NCBI GenBank assembly: GCA_035285125.1 | Contig: JAYKHR010000165.1 | Coordinates: 70,341 to 134,340 of the forward strand | Origin: Candidatus Sericytochromatia bacterium | GTDB taxonomy: Bacteria; Cyanobacteriota; Sericytochromatia; S15B-MN24; JAQBPE01 | Direction of reading: 5' to 3' | Length of the DNA: 64,000 nt | The notes under the pieces: model-generated | What the model was told of the DNA's origin: nothing | The model's input: only the letters and a program-made list of their open reading frames with translations | Databases searched by the model: none | Translations under genes and position numbers: made by a program | Shown here: piece by piece, positions 48,440 through 57,644 of the stretch | Numbering within the stretch: position 1 is the first letter of the stretch | Layout: every line of letters starts with the position of its first letter

Positions 48440-49123
48440 TCAGGGCCTGTAGGTGTCTCGCGAAAGCAACACCATCTTGCCCCCGTCCTGGCGGTAGACC
48501 TGCACCACCTGCTCACCCCGACGGGCGCCGGGGAAGTACGCGAACCGCAGGGCCCGCTGCTGGCCGGGGGCCAAGCGCCCCCACAGCTCAACGCGGCAGG
48601 CCAGCGCGTCCACGCGCGCGCGCACCGTCACAGGGCAGGCCCAGGCGTTCTCCACCACGAGATCTGCTTGCCCGTACCAGACCGTCGCGTCTCGCCCGGG
48701 CGGCACGGAGGCCGAGCGGCGTTGGTGCGCCACCCGCTGCCAGATCCGCCACGGCGTGGGCTGCACGGCGCCGTACAGGGTGGAGGCGACGAGGCACACG
48801 CCCCCGCCCACGCTGCGAATGCGGGCCCCTTCGAGGAAAGCAGGGGCCTCCACGAACCCTCGTTCCCGCGTGCGAGGCCCCACGGCCGCATTGAACGAGA
48901 GGCGCTCTCCGGGCCCGACAATGCAGCCATCGAGGCGGCTGGCGGCCTGGCGCACGTTGCGCAGCTGGGGCTCGCTGAGCTGCGTGACGGAGACGGCCCG
49001 GTGGGAGAGCAGGTCCCGGAAGGGGCGCTGCTGGTGCGTCCAGGCGAGCAGCCCCAGCAACCCCAGGCCCACGGGCACGAGGACGAGGCCCCAGTCCCGG
49101 CGCGAGAAAGCCAGGCGCGTCAC
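48440..49123 (-). CDS. VanW family protein
   Basis: NVRQAASRLDG.IV.PGE.LSFNAAVGPRT.ERGF..AP, GGGVCLVASTLY, PPGRDATV.YG..DL; N-terminal TM. Confidence 0.88.
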   Translation of the reverse strand: MTRLAFSRRDWGLVLVPVGLGLLGLLAWTHQQRPFRDLLSHRAVSVTQLSEPQLRNVRQAASRLDGCIVGPGERLSFNAAVGPRTRERGFVEAPAFLEGARIRSVGGGVCLVASTLYGAVQPTPWRIWQRVAHQRRSASVPPGRDATVWYGQADLVVENAWACPVTVRARVDALACRVELWGRLAPGQQRALRFAYFPGARRGEQVVQVYRQDGGKMVLLSRDTYRP

Positions 49124-52100
49124 GGGGCGTCCCCGATCTCCACCACCGCCGGCGCCCCGTGAGCCCGCACCTCCGGGTCATACATCGCCCAGGCCTGTGG
49201 CGGAAGCACCCTGTATCTCCCCCCTGAGGCAGGCCTGATCAGGTGATGCAGCACCCGCTCCCCGGGCCGGAGGTCCGAGAAGAAGAAGACGGCTTCCTCG
49301 TCTCGAAACTCGTGGTGCTCCCACCAGTAGGGCCAGCCCTCAGGCTGATCGGCGACGGCCTCGCAGCCGGCGGGCAGGGGATCGCGCAGGCACATCCAGC
49401 GCCGCGTCTGCTGCGAGGACAGCCGCAGCTCGACGAGGATGGTCTCGCCAAGGCGTGCCTCGCCGCGCCACTCCGCCAGCCGCGCCACCAGCTTGTCGTC
49501 GAAAGTGAACCCGGCACCGCGGGCCTTGGCTAGCATCGCCCCGGGCAGCCGCAGGTAGCGACGGCGAATTGAGAGGCCTCCAGGGCCGTCCTTGGCGACC
49601 ACGCCCGCGGCATCACGCATGTAGGCCAGCCCACCCACGAGCCCCGCCGCGGGTGGGGCCTCCCCGGCGAGTTGGAGCCCCAACTGGTGCTCCCCCGACG
49701 TGACGGGCACGCTCCAGCGCGGAGGCACCGCATCCGCAGCCCCCGGGTGCTCCCAGCCGGCGACGGCCCGCCCGTCGAGGGTCAGGGTCGCAACCCATCG
49801 GGCGCTCGCCCCCGGCGGCTGCACCCGCAGCCACTCGGCCAGGGCCCAGGCTGCCGCCGCAGTGTCCCGGGTGTCCGCCCACCAGCCCCGCGCGTTCCGT
49901 GACATCAGCCAGCGGGCCACCTTCGGGGCCACCGGATCGTCCCGGTCCACCGCCAGCAGGGCCCGCAAGCCCCAGGCGGTGGCCTCCGTCGTGGAGCCGA
50001 CCCAGGCCGACTCGTCCCCCTGCTGTGCCCAGAAGGCCTGCGCCGCGGAGATCGAGGCGCGCGCCTTCAAGGCTCGGGCAGCCTCTGCGGCCTGGTCCAC
50101 GTGGCCGGAGGCCTGCAGCGCGATGGCAAACCGCGCCAGCCCCTGCGGCGAGAGCGCCTCGCGGTCCCGCCAAAGCCGCTCCAGCTCACTGTCGGGCGCC
50201 ACACGCCAGGCCGCCAGGGCCTGCAGGAGCTGGGCCCGCACGTCCGGACCGCGCCGGTGGGCCACGGTGTCCACCTCGTGGGCATGACGCCCGGTGCTCG
50301 CCAGATCCGCCCGCAGACGCGCCAAGGCCTGCGTGACGGCGGCCTGGGGCACGGGGACGCCTGCCTCGGGCAGGGCCGCTAGCACCCCCATCACGTGCGC
50401 CGTGAGGGGCGGCCGGCTGACGTCATGGGCCCACCAGCCCCACCCCCCGTCACCATGCTGGGCACTCAGCAGCCGCTGCAAGCCTTGTCTCAGCGCGCGC
50501 TCTGGCTGCGTCAGCCCGAGCGCCTCGGGCGGCAGCCCGGCCTGCCGCCAGCGAGGCAGCACGACGGCCCCCGGCACGAGGCGGCTGCTCTCCTGCTCGG
50601 CACAGCCGTAGGGGTACGACCCCAGGTAGCTCGCGGCAGCCTGCAACCCCGCGGCCGGCGAGCCGGGGATCGTGACCTCGAGGCGCGCCCCAGGAAGGGA
50701 TTCGGGCACCGGGAGCACCACCTCCGCAGCCCCCGGCGCGAGCGTCACGGGTTGAAACTCTGGCAGCCCGAAGGGCTGCGCCTGCAGCGCCACGGCCATC
50801 GCGTCCCCCTCCACCGCGGGGGCCCGCGCCTTCACCTGAAGGCCGACCTCGCCAACCGCCGGCACCCGGACCTCCCACGCCGCCCGGCCAGAGCCGCCTG
50901 CCGGGATCGTCGTCCGCACCGGCTCAGGGTGCTGGGGCGTCAGGCCCGTCGCCTCCAGGCTGAGCTCGACGGGCAGGGCACCAGCCGTGTAGTTGTGGGC
51001 CACGGCCACGAGGCGGACCTCGTCGCCCACCTGCACGAACCGAGGGGCCTCGAGCCGCACTAGCAGGTCCTTGGTGGCGACAAGGCGATGGCTCGACGCG
51101 CCCACGCGCGTGTCGGCCGTGATGGCGCGCGCCGTCGCGACCCACGTCGTGAGGTTGTCAGGCAGCTCGACCTCGACGTGCGCCCGGCCGTCCGCCCCCG
51201 TGCGCAGGGAGGGGAACCAGGCCGCCGTGTCCTCGAACCGGGCCCTCACCCGCGGATCCGGGCCGAACTTGTCGAGCCCGCCCGAGTAGTCCTCCGCGAA
51301 GGAGTAGACGGTGGAGACGGCGTTCCAGCGAGGCCCATGGAAGAACTGTCGGATGTCTGGCGTTCGATCGGGCTCGATGGCGTAGATCGCCTCGTCGACG
51401 ACGCCGAGCGCCACCTCTGCAGCCACGGGCCGCCCCCGCCAGTCCCGCGTCGTGACGGTCCACCCGACGCGCTGGCCGGGGCGCGCGCGGGCCGTGTCCG
51501 CCTCGACGGAGACCTGCAAGAAGCGCTCCTCGGGCAGCACGTTCAGCGAGCGCTCCGCCGGAATGAACTCCAGCCCGTTCACCACCACGGCCGAGACGTG
51601 CACGTTGGGCGTCATGGCCCGGGTGACGGGCACGTCGAGGCGGCCGCTGGTGCCCCGCAGGCGCAGGACCCGCGGCGCGCTGATGCCCCGCCCCTCGACC
51701 GTCACCAGCACGTGGGCGTCGGGCACGGGCGAGATGACGAGCACCTTGGCCGTGTCGCCGGGGCGGTAGACGGGCCGGTCGAACGCCAGCTGAAGGCCCC
51801 CGTATCGGTACGTGGAGGGCGTCTCGTCGGCAGCCGCGACCCAGGTCCAGGCGAGGTCCCGGGCCCGACGGCCCCTGCCGTCCGCCACTTCGGCCTCGAC
51901 CTCGTAGAAGCCCGCGGCCGCGGCGGGGAAGACCGCGCGCCCCAGCCCCTGAGCGCTTGTTTTCACCTCCACCTTGCCGACCTCGACGCGGCGCGTCTCC
52001 TGGTAGACGTCCCCGCCCGCCGACGTACGCTGCTCGCTCTCCAGGCGCACCAGCCTCAGGTGGACAGGTAAAGCGCGCGGCCGCCCCTCCTGGTCTTCCG

Positions 52101-53916
52101 TGTGCAGGGCCAGGCCTAGCTCACGCCCCCCGTCGTAGAGCTCCTGCTCTGCCGACACGCGCACGCGGACGTCGGCCTGCACCACCTGGAAGGCCGCCTG
52201 TGCCTTCACGGGTCGCCCCGTGGCGTCGGCCCCCTCGACCACGACGGTGAAGCGGCGATCCCCCTCGCGCGCGGCCTCGTCCGCCTCCGCGGGCACGGGC
52301 AGCGGCACGGCGAGCCGCGCGTTGCCCTCCCCGTCCGCGACCAGCTCCGTGCTCTGCACCACGTCCCCGAGCCCCCACTCGGGCTCGAAGCCCGCGCCAA
52401 GGAACCCCGCGAAGAACTGCTCGGCAGCGGGCCGTGCCCCCTCGTCGGGCGTGGCGTAGACCGTGGCCTGGAGCTTGGCACCCGGCACGGGGGCCCCAAA
52501 ATAGTAGCTGGCGACGATCCCGACCTCGGCCGTATCCCCCCTGATCCAGCGCGGCCGAGTCGGCGTGACCTCCAGCTTGAGCTCGGGCTTGCGGTAGTCC
52601 GCCACCTGGAAGGAGACGGACTCCGTGTATTCCCCCCCGATCCGGCAGTCGAGCCGCCACTCACCCAGGCTGGCCTCTTCAGGCAGCCGAACGTCTGCCT
52701 CGAAGGAACTGGCCGTCCCCGTGGAGCGTTCCAGGCTGCCCACCTCTTCCCCGCGCGCGTCGCGCAGCGTGAGTTGCACCGCCAGACCGCTGGCGAGCGC
52801 AAAGGCCGTCTTCTCGTGGCCGCGCACGAAGCCCTTCACGTGCACGGTGTGGCCCGGCCGATACACTGGCCGGTCCGTGAAGGCGTAAATCTCCCGGGAC
52901 CGCCCCGTCCCCCACCAGCCAGCCTGCGCCAGGGCGATCGCCCCCTGGTGCTCCGCCACCACCGTGACGGCCTCGCGGACGGTGCTGACGGGCAAACGCA
53001 CGAGGCCGTCGCGATCCGTATGCCAGGTGCGGCCTGCCATCCCGGCGCCGTGCGCCCTCACGGCAGCCCCCGGCACCGGCCGTCTGGTGACGGTGTCGAC
53101 CACCCAGGCGAGGAGGCCGTCGTCGCCCCGCTTGCACACGAGGGCGAGAGACCCCACCGTGAAATACCAGGCGTCATGCACGGGCTTCCGGTAGCCGCCG
53201 TGCCGATCAGGCCCGGGCTCGCCGCTGACCTTGACCACGTAGGCGCCAGGGCCAAGGTCCGCGATTTCCACGGGCTGGTGGAACCAGTCCTCGTCCTCGC
53301 GGTTATGCCGCGCCACGGGCAGGTGCCAGTCCCGCAGAGGCTTCGCACGGCCGCTCCGAACCAGCGCCGCGAGGTCCGGATCGTCCCGCAGCGTCTCCAG
53401 CCGGGGGTCCGCTGCCGCCACCGCCGCGAGGTCGAGGCGATGCAGCGTGACGGCCAGGTGGGCTAGCTGGTTGCCCCGTGCCATCACCCGCACGGGCTTG
53501 CCGGGCAACAGCACCCGCTGGACGTTGGTGATCGCGAGCGAGGGCTCGGTCCGCGTCAGCTTGAAGGCCACATCGTCGAGGCGCTGCCCCTCGCGCAGCG
53601 TGACGGCGTCCTCGAGGTGCTGCGGTTCGTGGCCGGGCGCCTTGGCTGACACCAGGTACTCGCCGATCGGCACGTTTATGAGCGTGAAGCGCCCGTCGTC
53701 GAGGGCCGTCGCTACGCGTGTGACGGCCCCGCTCGCCACCACGCGCGCGCGCCCAAGCGGGCGCCCGTCCGCATCGAGCACCTGGCCTGCCAGGGTCGCA
53801 GTGGGGGGCTCCAGGGCGATCGCCCCGGCCGCGAGCCCGGCCAGCAAGCACAAGACGGCCAGCACCGACAGCAGGGTGCGCCAGGAGCATTGGAAGGGGG
53901 CGGGGGCAAGGCTCAA
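49120..53916 (-). CDS. Bacterial alpha-2-macroglobulin family protein with N-terminal carboxypeptidase-regulatory-like domain
   Basis: FTDRPVYRPG, FQVADYRKPE, VVDEAIY, VRARFEDTAAW, LPDNLTTW, thioester YPYGCAEQ, QHGDGGWGWW, DPLPAGCE, AMYDPE. Confidence 0.93.
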   Translation of the reverse strand: MSLAPAPFQCSWRTLLSVLAVLCLLAGLAAGAIALEPPTATLAGQVLDADGRPLGRARVVASGAVTRVATALDDGRFTLINVPIGEYLVSAKAPGHEPQHLEDAVTLREGQRLDDVAFKLTRTEPSLAITNVQRVLLPGKPVRVMARGNQLAHLAVTLHRLDLAAVAAADPRLETLRDDPDLAALVRSGRAKPLRDWHLPVARHNREDEDWFHQPVEIADLGPGAYVVKVSGEPGPDRHGGYRKPVHDAWYFTVGSLALVCKRGDDGLLAWVVDTVTRRPVPGAAVRAHGAGMAGRTWHTDRDGLVRLPVSTVREAVTVVAEHQGAIALAQAGWWGTGRSREIYAFTDRPVYRPGHTVHVKGFVRGHEKTAFALASGLAVQLTLRDARGEEVGSLERSTGTASSFEADVRLPEEASLGEWRLDCRIGGEYTESVSFQVADYRKPELKLEVTPTRPRWIRGDTAEVGIVASYYFGAPVPGAKLQATVYATPDEGARPAAEQFFAGFLGAGFEPEWGLGDVVQSTELVADGEGNARLAVPLPVPAEADEAAREGDRRFTVVVEGADATGRPVKAQAAFQVVQADVRVRVSAEQELYDGGRELGLALHTEDQEGRPRALPVHLRLVRLESEQRTSAGGDVYQETRRVEVGKVEVKTSAQGLGRAVFPAAAAGFYEVEAEVADGRGRRARDLAWTWVAAADETPSTYRYGGLQLAFDRPVYRPGDTAKVLVISPVPDAHVLVTVEGRGISAPRVLRLRGTSGRLDVPVTRAMTPNVHVSAVVVNGLEFIPAERSLNVLPEERFLQVSVEADTARARPGQRVGWTVTTRDWRGRPVAAEVALGVVDEAIYAIEPDRTPDIRQFFHGPRWNAVSTVYSFAEDYSGGLDKFGPDPRVRARFEDTAAWFPSLRTGADGRAHVEVELPDNLTTWVATARAITADTRVGASSHRLVATKDLLVRLEAPRFVQVGDEVRLVAVAHNYTAGALPVELSLEATGLTPQHPEPVRTTIPAGGSGRAAWEVRVPAVGEVGLQVKARAPAVEGDAMAVALQAQPFGLPEFQPVTLAPGAAEVVLPVPESLPGARLEVTIPGSPAAGLQAAASYLGSYPYGCAEQESSRLVPGAVVLPRWRQAGLPPEALGLTQPERALRQGLQRLLSAQHGDGGWGWWAHDVSRPPLTAHVMGVLAALPEAGVPVPQAAVTQALARLRADLASTGRHAHEVDTVAHRRGPDVRAQLLQALAAWRVAPDSELERLWRDREALSPQGLARFAIALQASGHVDQAAEAARALKARASISAAQAFWAQQGDESAWVGSTTEATAWGLRALLAVDRDDPVAPKVARWLMSRNARGWWADTRDTAAAAWALAEWLRVQPPGASARWVATLTLDGRAVAGWEHPGAADAVPPRWSVPVTSGEHQLGLQLAGEAPPAAGLVGGLAYMRDAAGVVAKDGPGGLSIRRRYLRLPGAMLAKARGAGFTFDDKLVARLAEWRGEARLGETILVELRLSSQQTRRWMCLRDPLPAGCEAVADQPEGWPYWWEHHEFRDEEAVFFFSDLRPGERVLHHLIRPASGGRYRVLPPQAWAMYDPEVRAHGAPAVVEIGDAP

Positions 53917-54536
53917 GGCGAGGTCCTCTCGGGCCCGAGGGCGATGGGACCGACCACCACCGTCTCGAACCGGTACATACGCGTAAGTACCCGGTCACCG
54001 ATGCCCGCCTTTCGCCGGCACAGGACAGCCGCCCAGGCGGGGGTCGCTGCCTCGCCCGGCAGCACCAGGGCCCCGCGCCTGCCGGCCGTCAGCATCAGCC
54101 CCTGCCGACGCGGATCGAGGCTCTGCAGCGACGGCAAGGGCGAGAGCGGGCCGAGGACAGAGACGTGGGCCACCAGATGCACCAGCTCGGCCCGCTGGAT
54201 GGGTCGCATCCGGCGGTCACGCGTCAGCGCGCGCGGTGCGATGGTGCGCAGCTCGGCCGCCAGGCTCGCCTCCCGGCCGGTGGCCGTGCCCCAGCAGCCG
54301 CGCGTCACGCCATCCCGGCTGAGCGTGACGAAGACGCCCGCCGGGGCGCGCAGGGCCGGCGGGACCGAGGCGAGCGGAGTGGGGTCCCCCAGCAGGGCGC
54401 CGCGGGTGAGGGTGCGGATGGCGGCCTGTGCCTCCGGGGCCGCCCAGCGGCGAAGCTCCATCGCCGCCGCGGGCGGAGAGGCCAGGCCGCCCGCGGCCAG
54501 CAGCGTGGCCAGGCTTCCCAGCAGCCGCCTAGGCAA
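53913..54536 (-). CDS. AMMECR1-domain protein with signal peptide
   Basis: GVFVTL, RGCWG, DRRMRPI..EL, VSVL, GL.L...RGALVLP, CRRKAG. Confidence 0.82.
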   Translation of the reverse strand: MPRRLLGSLATLLAAGGLASPPAAAMELRRWAAPEAQAAIRTLTRGALLGDPTPLASVPPALRAPAGVFVTLSRDGVTRGCWGTATGREASLAAELRTIAPRALTRDRRMRPIQRAELVHLVAHVSVLGPLSPLPSLQSLDPRRQGLMLTAGRRGALVLPGEAATPAWAAVLCRRKAGIGDRVLTRMYRFETVVVGPIALGPERTSP

Positions 54537-55458
54537 GGTGCCTCACCTCCGCCAGCGCGGCGTGCAACGTGCGCAGGTTATGGCGGTTGAGCATCAGCGC
54601 CGCCAGGCGCCGCGCGACCATCGGCTGACCACGTGCCAGCAGCCAGCGCAGCGCAGGCTCGATGCGCTGCTCGTCGAGCAGGCCGCCGAGCCGGACCAGC
54701 CAGTCGAGCCCCCGGTGCAGCGGCGTGAGCTGGATCATCAGCCGCACCTCCCACGTCGGGTGCAGGCGGTAGAAGCGGGCGGCCATCCGGCCGCGTTCCT
54801 CCTCGGTGCGTCGCATGGCGGGCAGCTCCGAAAGGCTGAACCGGGGGTGCCAGTGGAACCCCCGAGCCTCCCGGGACCTCACGATGCCCACCCCCTGGGC
54901 ACGAAGGCGAAGGCCGAGCTCCAGGTCCTCCCAGCCGTACTCCACGAACCCCTCGTCGAAGCCGCCGACGGCTTGCAGATAGGCCCGGGGCACGGAGACG
55001 TTGTTGGTGGCGAAGTAAGCGGCTGACGCGTCCAGGGGCCCGACTGGCGTCTGCGTGGGGCGCTCGAAATCGTCGGTGTCGACGGCGAGGCCCTGCACGA
55101 AAACCTTGCGGCCCTCGGCGCCCCGGTGAAGGGCCAGGTGAAGCGCCAGGAACTCGGGCACCACCACCACGTCGCTGTCGATGAAAACGACGAGCTCGCC
55201 CCGGGCCAATGAGACGCCCACGTTGCGCGCCCGGCTTCGGCCTGCGTTCTCCTGCCGGTGGTAGATCCAGGCCGGCGCCTCGGTGCGGAGCCGCGCGATG
55301 CGCTCGGGCGTGTCGTCGGTGGAGCCGTCGTCCACCACCACGATCTCGTAGAGCCCGGCGGCCAGCGTCTGGTCCAGCAAGGCCTGCAGGCACTTCTCCA
55401 GGATGGGGCCCCGGTTGTAGGTGGCGATGACCACCGAGAGAGCCGGCGCCGTCGTCAT
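54529..55458 (-). CDS. Glycosyltransferase family 2
   Basis: SVVIATYNR, VDDGSTD, ARN.G, FIDSD, GGFDEGF..YGWEDLELGLRL. Confidence 0.93.
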   Translation of the reverse strand: MTTAPALSVVIATYNRGPILEKCLQALLDQTLAAGLYEIVVVDDGSTDDTPERIARLRTEAPAWIYHRQENAGRSRARNVGVSLARGELVVFIDSDVVVVPEFLALHLALHRGAEGRKVFVQGLAVDTDDFERPTQTPVGPLDASAAYFATNNVSVPRAYLQAVGGFDEGFVEYGWEDLELGLRLRAQGVGIVRSREARGFHWHPRFSLSELPAMRRTEEERGRMAARFYRLHPTWEVRLMIQLTPLHRGLDWLVRLGGLLDEQRIEPALRWLLARGQPMVARRLAALMLNRHNLRTLHAALAEVRHLA

Positions 55459-56708
55459 GCGGGCTCCCCGGGCCGCACCGCGCCCGAGGCGGGCGGCGCG
55501 CCGCGCAACTCGGGCGGGCGATCGGCAAGCGCCATCCGCCTGGCCGCCTCCACCCCACCAAGCATCAGGAAGAAGGCCATCGCGTTACGCCCCTCGGAGA
55601 GCGTGTAGTCGAACATGTTGGTCACGAGGTAGCCAGCCATCGCGCACGCCGTGGCTGCCACCGGCAGGTGGTACTGCGTCTGCCGCGTCTCCCGAAGGCC
55701 GCGCCACAGCACCCAGGCGACGATGCCGGTCAGCACCGCGATCACGGGGATGCCGAACTCCGCCGCCACGTGCAGGAAGTAGTTGTGGGCATGGGGCAGA
55801 TGGACCGTCTCCTCCGGCAACCGGTACGGCGGGTACGCCACCTCCCAGGTGCCTGGCCCCCAACCTGTCAGGGGACGCGCAGCCACCATATCGCGCGCGG
55901 AGACCCAGCCCATCACGCGAAACTTGTCAAAGGCCGGGTTGTCCCAGGCCAGCGCGGCGAGGCGCGCGACCACCATCTGCGGGAAGACGGCGACAGCGCA
56001 GGCTGCGCCTCCCACCAGCACCAGCAGCCAACGGCGGTCAACCCGCACGCCGAAGAGCGCCAGCATCACGCCCGCCCCGATCCAGCCGGCCCGGGACGCA
56101 GTCAGCACGAGGGCCAGGGCCACGACGGCGAGGCCCAGGGCTATCAGGCCCTTGCGGGGCCGCGAGGCCATCTGGTGGAACAGCCCCAGGCCAGCCCCCA
56201 TCGCCAGCACGAGGAAGCCCGCGAACAGGTTGGGGTGGTACATGACCGAGTTCACGCGGCGGTCGGCCGTGCCGATGACGACCTCCAGCTCGGGCGAGAG
56301 ATGCCAGCGCCAGTGGAGGTCCGCCGCGTACACGGCCAGCCCGAACAGCGCCATCACCACGGCAACTTGAAACAGGGCCTTGTGCAGCTGCTTGAGGCGC
56401 CCAGGCGTCACGATGGTCCACGAGGCGACGGCGAAGGTGATGGCATAGCCCACGCCCCCGAGCCACCCGAAGACGCTCTCCGCCGGGCGCAGGGAGCAGG
56501 CCGTCGAGGCCAGGCCCAAGGCCAGCAGCAGCCCCCAGGCCTGCCCCAAGGGCGTGCGGGGCCACCACGTAAGCTCGCGGGCCTGCAGGCGAAGCAAGGC
56601 CTCGCGCCAGAAGGCCCCCATGAGGCTGACAGCCGTGGCCGCGAAGCTCAGGGGCATCAGCCAGACCCCCACGGTGATCCAGCTGAAGGACGGACGGGTG
56701 ACGATCAT
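55455..56708 (-). CDS. O-antigen ligase / Wzy_C family membrane protein
   Basis: HPNLFAGFL, LTASRAGW, PLTGWGPG, HAHNYFLH..AEFG. Confidence 0.88.
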   Translation of the reverse strand: MIVTRPSFSWITVGVWLMPLSFAATAVSLMGAFWREALLRLQARELTWWPRTPLGQAWGLLLALGLASTACSLRPAESVFGWLGGVGYAITFAVASWTIVTPGRLKQLHKALFQVAVVMALFGLAVYAADLHWRWHLSPELEVVIGTADRRVNSVMYHPNLFAGFLVLAMGAGLGLFHQMASRPRKGLIALGLAVVALALVLTASRAGWIGAGVMLALFGVRVDRRWLLVLVGGAACAVAVFPQMVVARLAALAWDNPAFDKFRVMGWVSARDMVAARPLTGWGPGTWEVAYPPYRLPEETVHLPHAHNYFLHVAAEFGIPVIAVLTGIVAWVLWRGLRETRQTQYHLPVAATACAMAGYLVTNMFDYTLSEGRNAMAFFLMLGGVEAARRMALADRPPELRGAPPASGAVRPGEPA

Positions 56709-57634
56709 GCGGGGCCTCCCGCCGGCGCTGGGGCAACGGCCACGCGCGGCTCCGGGCCGACAGACCGCAGCTCGGCCTCGCGCGCCCAGCGGTCATGAAC
56801 CCAGAGCCAGTGCTCCGGGCGCTCACGGATCCAGCGTTCGTAAGCGGCGTACAGCGCCTGCATGTCGGCCTCGACGTCCCCGCTCGGCGGGAGCGCGGGC
56901 TCCACATGCAACCAATGGCGGTCATCGGCCCCGCGCACGAGGCGCATGGGCAGCACGGCCGCCCCGGTTCGCCGCGCGAGGGCAAACACCCCCGTGGGCG
57001 CTGAGACGGGCCGCCCGAAGAGACGAACAATGGCCTCCTGCGACTCGCCGTGCTGGTCGGCCAGCAGGCCGAGCGCCTCGCCAGCCCGCAAGGCTCGCAC
57101 GACAGGGCGCAGCGAAGCCGCGCCAGCGTTGGCCCACGTCCGCACCCCAACGGCCCCTCGAGCTTCCTGGAACAGACGATCGAAGGCCGGCTGGCTGGGC
57201 GGTTGCACGAGCACATGCAGGACGAGCCCACGGGCTGCCAGCTCAGCGCCGAGCACCTCCCAGTTGCCGTAGTGCGCCGTCGCCACAATCACGCCCCGGC
57301 CGGCGGACACGGCGGCGACCACATGCTCCCAACCCGTGACCCCGGCCACAACGGCATGGCGCTCCACCGGAAACAGGGGGAGGCGAAGCAACTCGACGAT
57401 GTTGCGAGCAAGTTCGCGGACATGGGCCCGCGCCACGCGCCCAAGGTCGGCCTCTGGCAGCGCCGCCCCCCGCAGCACGCGGTGCAGGTGCCCCCGCCAA
57501 GGCGTCAGCCGGTAGGCGCGCCAGAGCACGCCCGCCACGCCGTCCGCAATCGCCAGGGCGCGGTCACGCGGCAGGCGGCGGGCCAGGGTGGCCAGGGCGA
57601 GGCAGACTTGATTCAGGAACGCCTGACCGAACAT
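56705..57634 (-). CDS. Lipid A biosynthesis (LpxL-like) / lysophospholipid acyltransferase
   Basis: GRGVIVATAHYGNWE, LLADQ, LFG, IRERPEHWLWVHDRW. Confidence 0.88.
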   Translation of the reverse strand: MFGQAFLNQVCLALATLARRLPRDRALAIADGVAGVLWRAYRLTPWRGHLHRVLRGAALPEADLGRVARAHVRELARNIVELLRLPLFPVERHAVVAGVTGWEHVVAAVSAGRGVIVATAHYGNWEVLGAELAARGLVLHVLVQPPSQPAFDRLFQEARGAVGVRTWANAGAASLRPVVRALRAGEALGLLADQHGESQEAIVRLFGRPVSAPTGVFALARRTGAAVLPMRLVRGADDRHWLHVEPALPPSGDVEADMQALYAAYERWIRERPEHWLWVHDRWAREAELRSVGPEPRVAVAPAPAGGPA

Positions 57635-57644
57635 ATCGCTCCCA

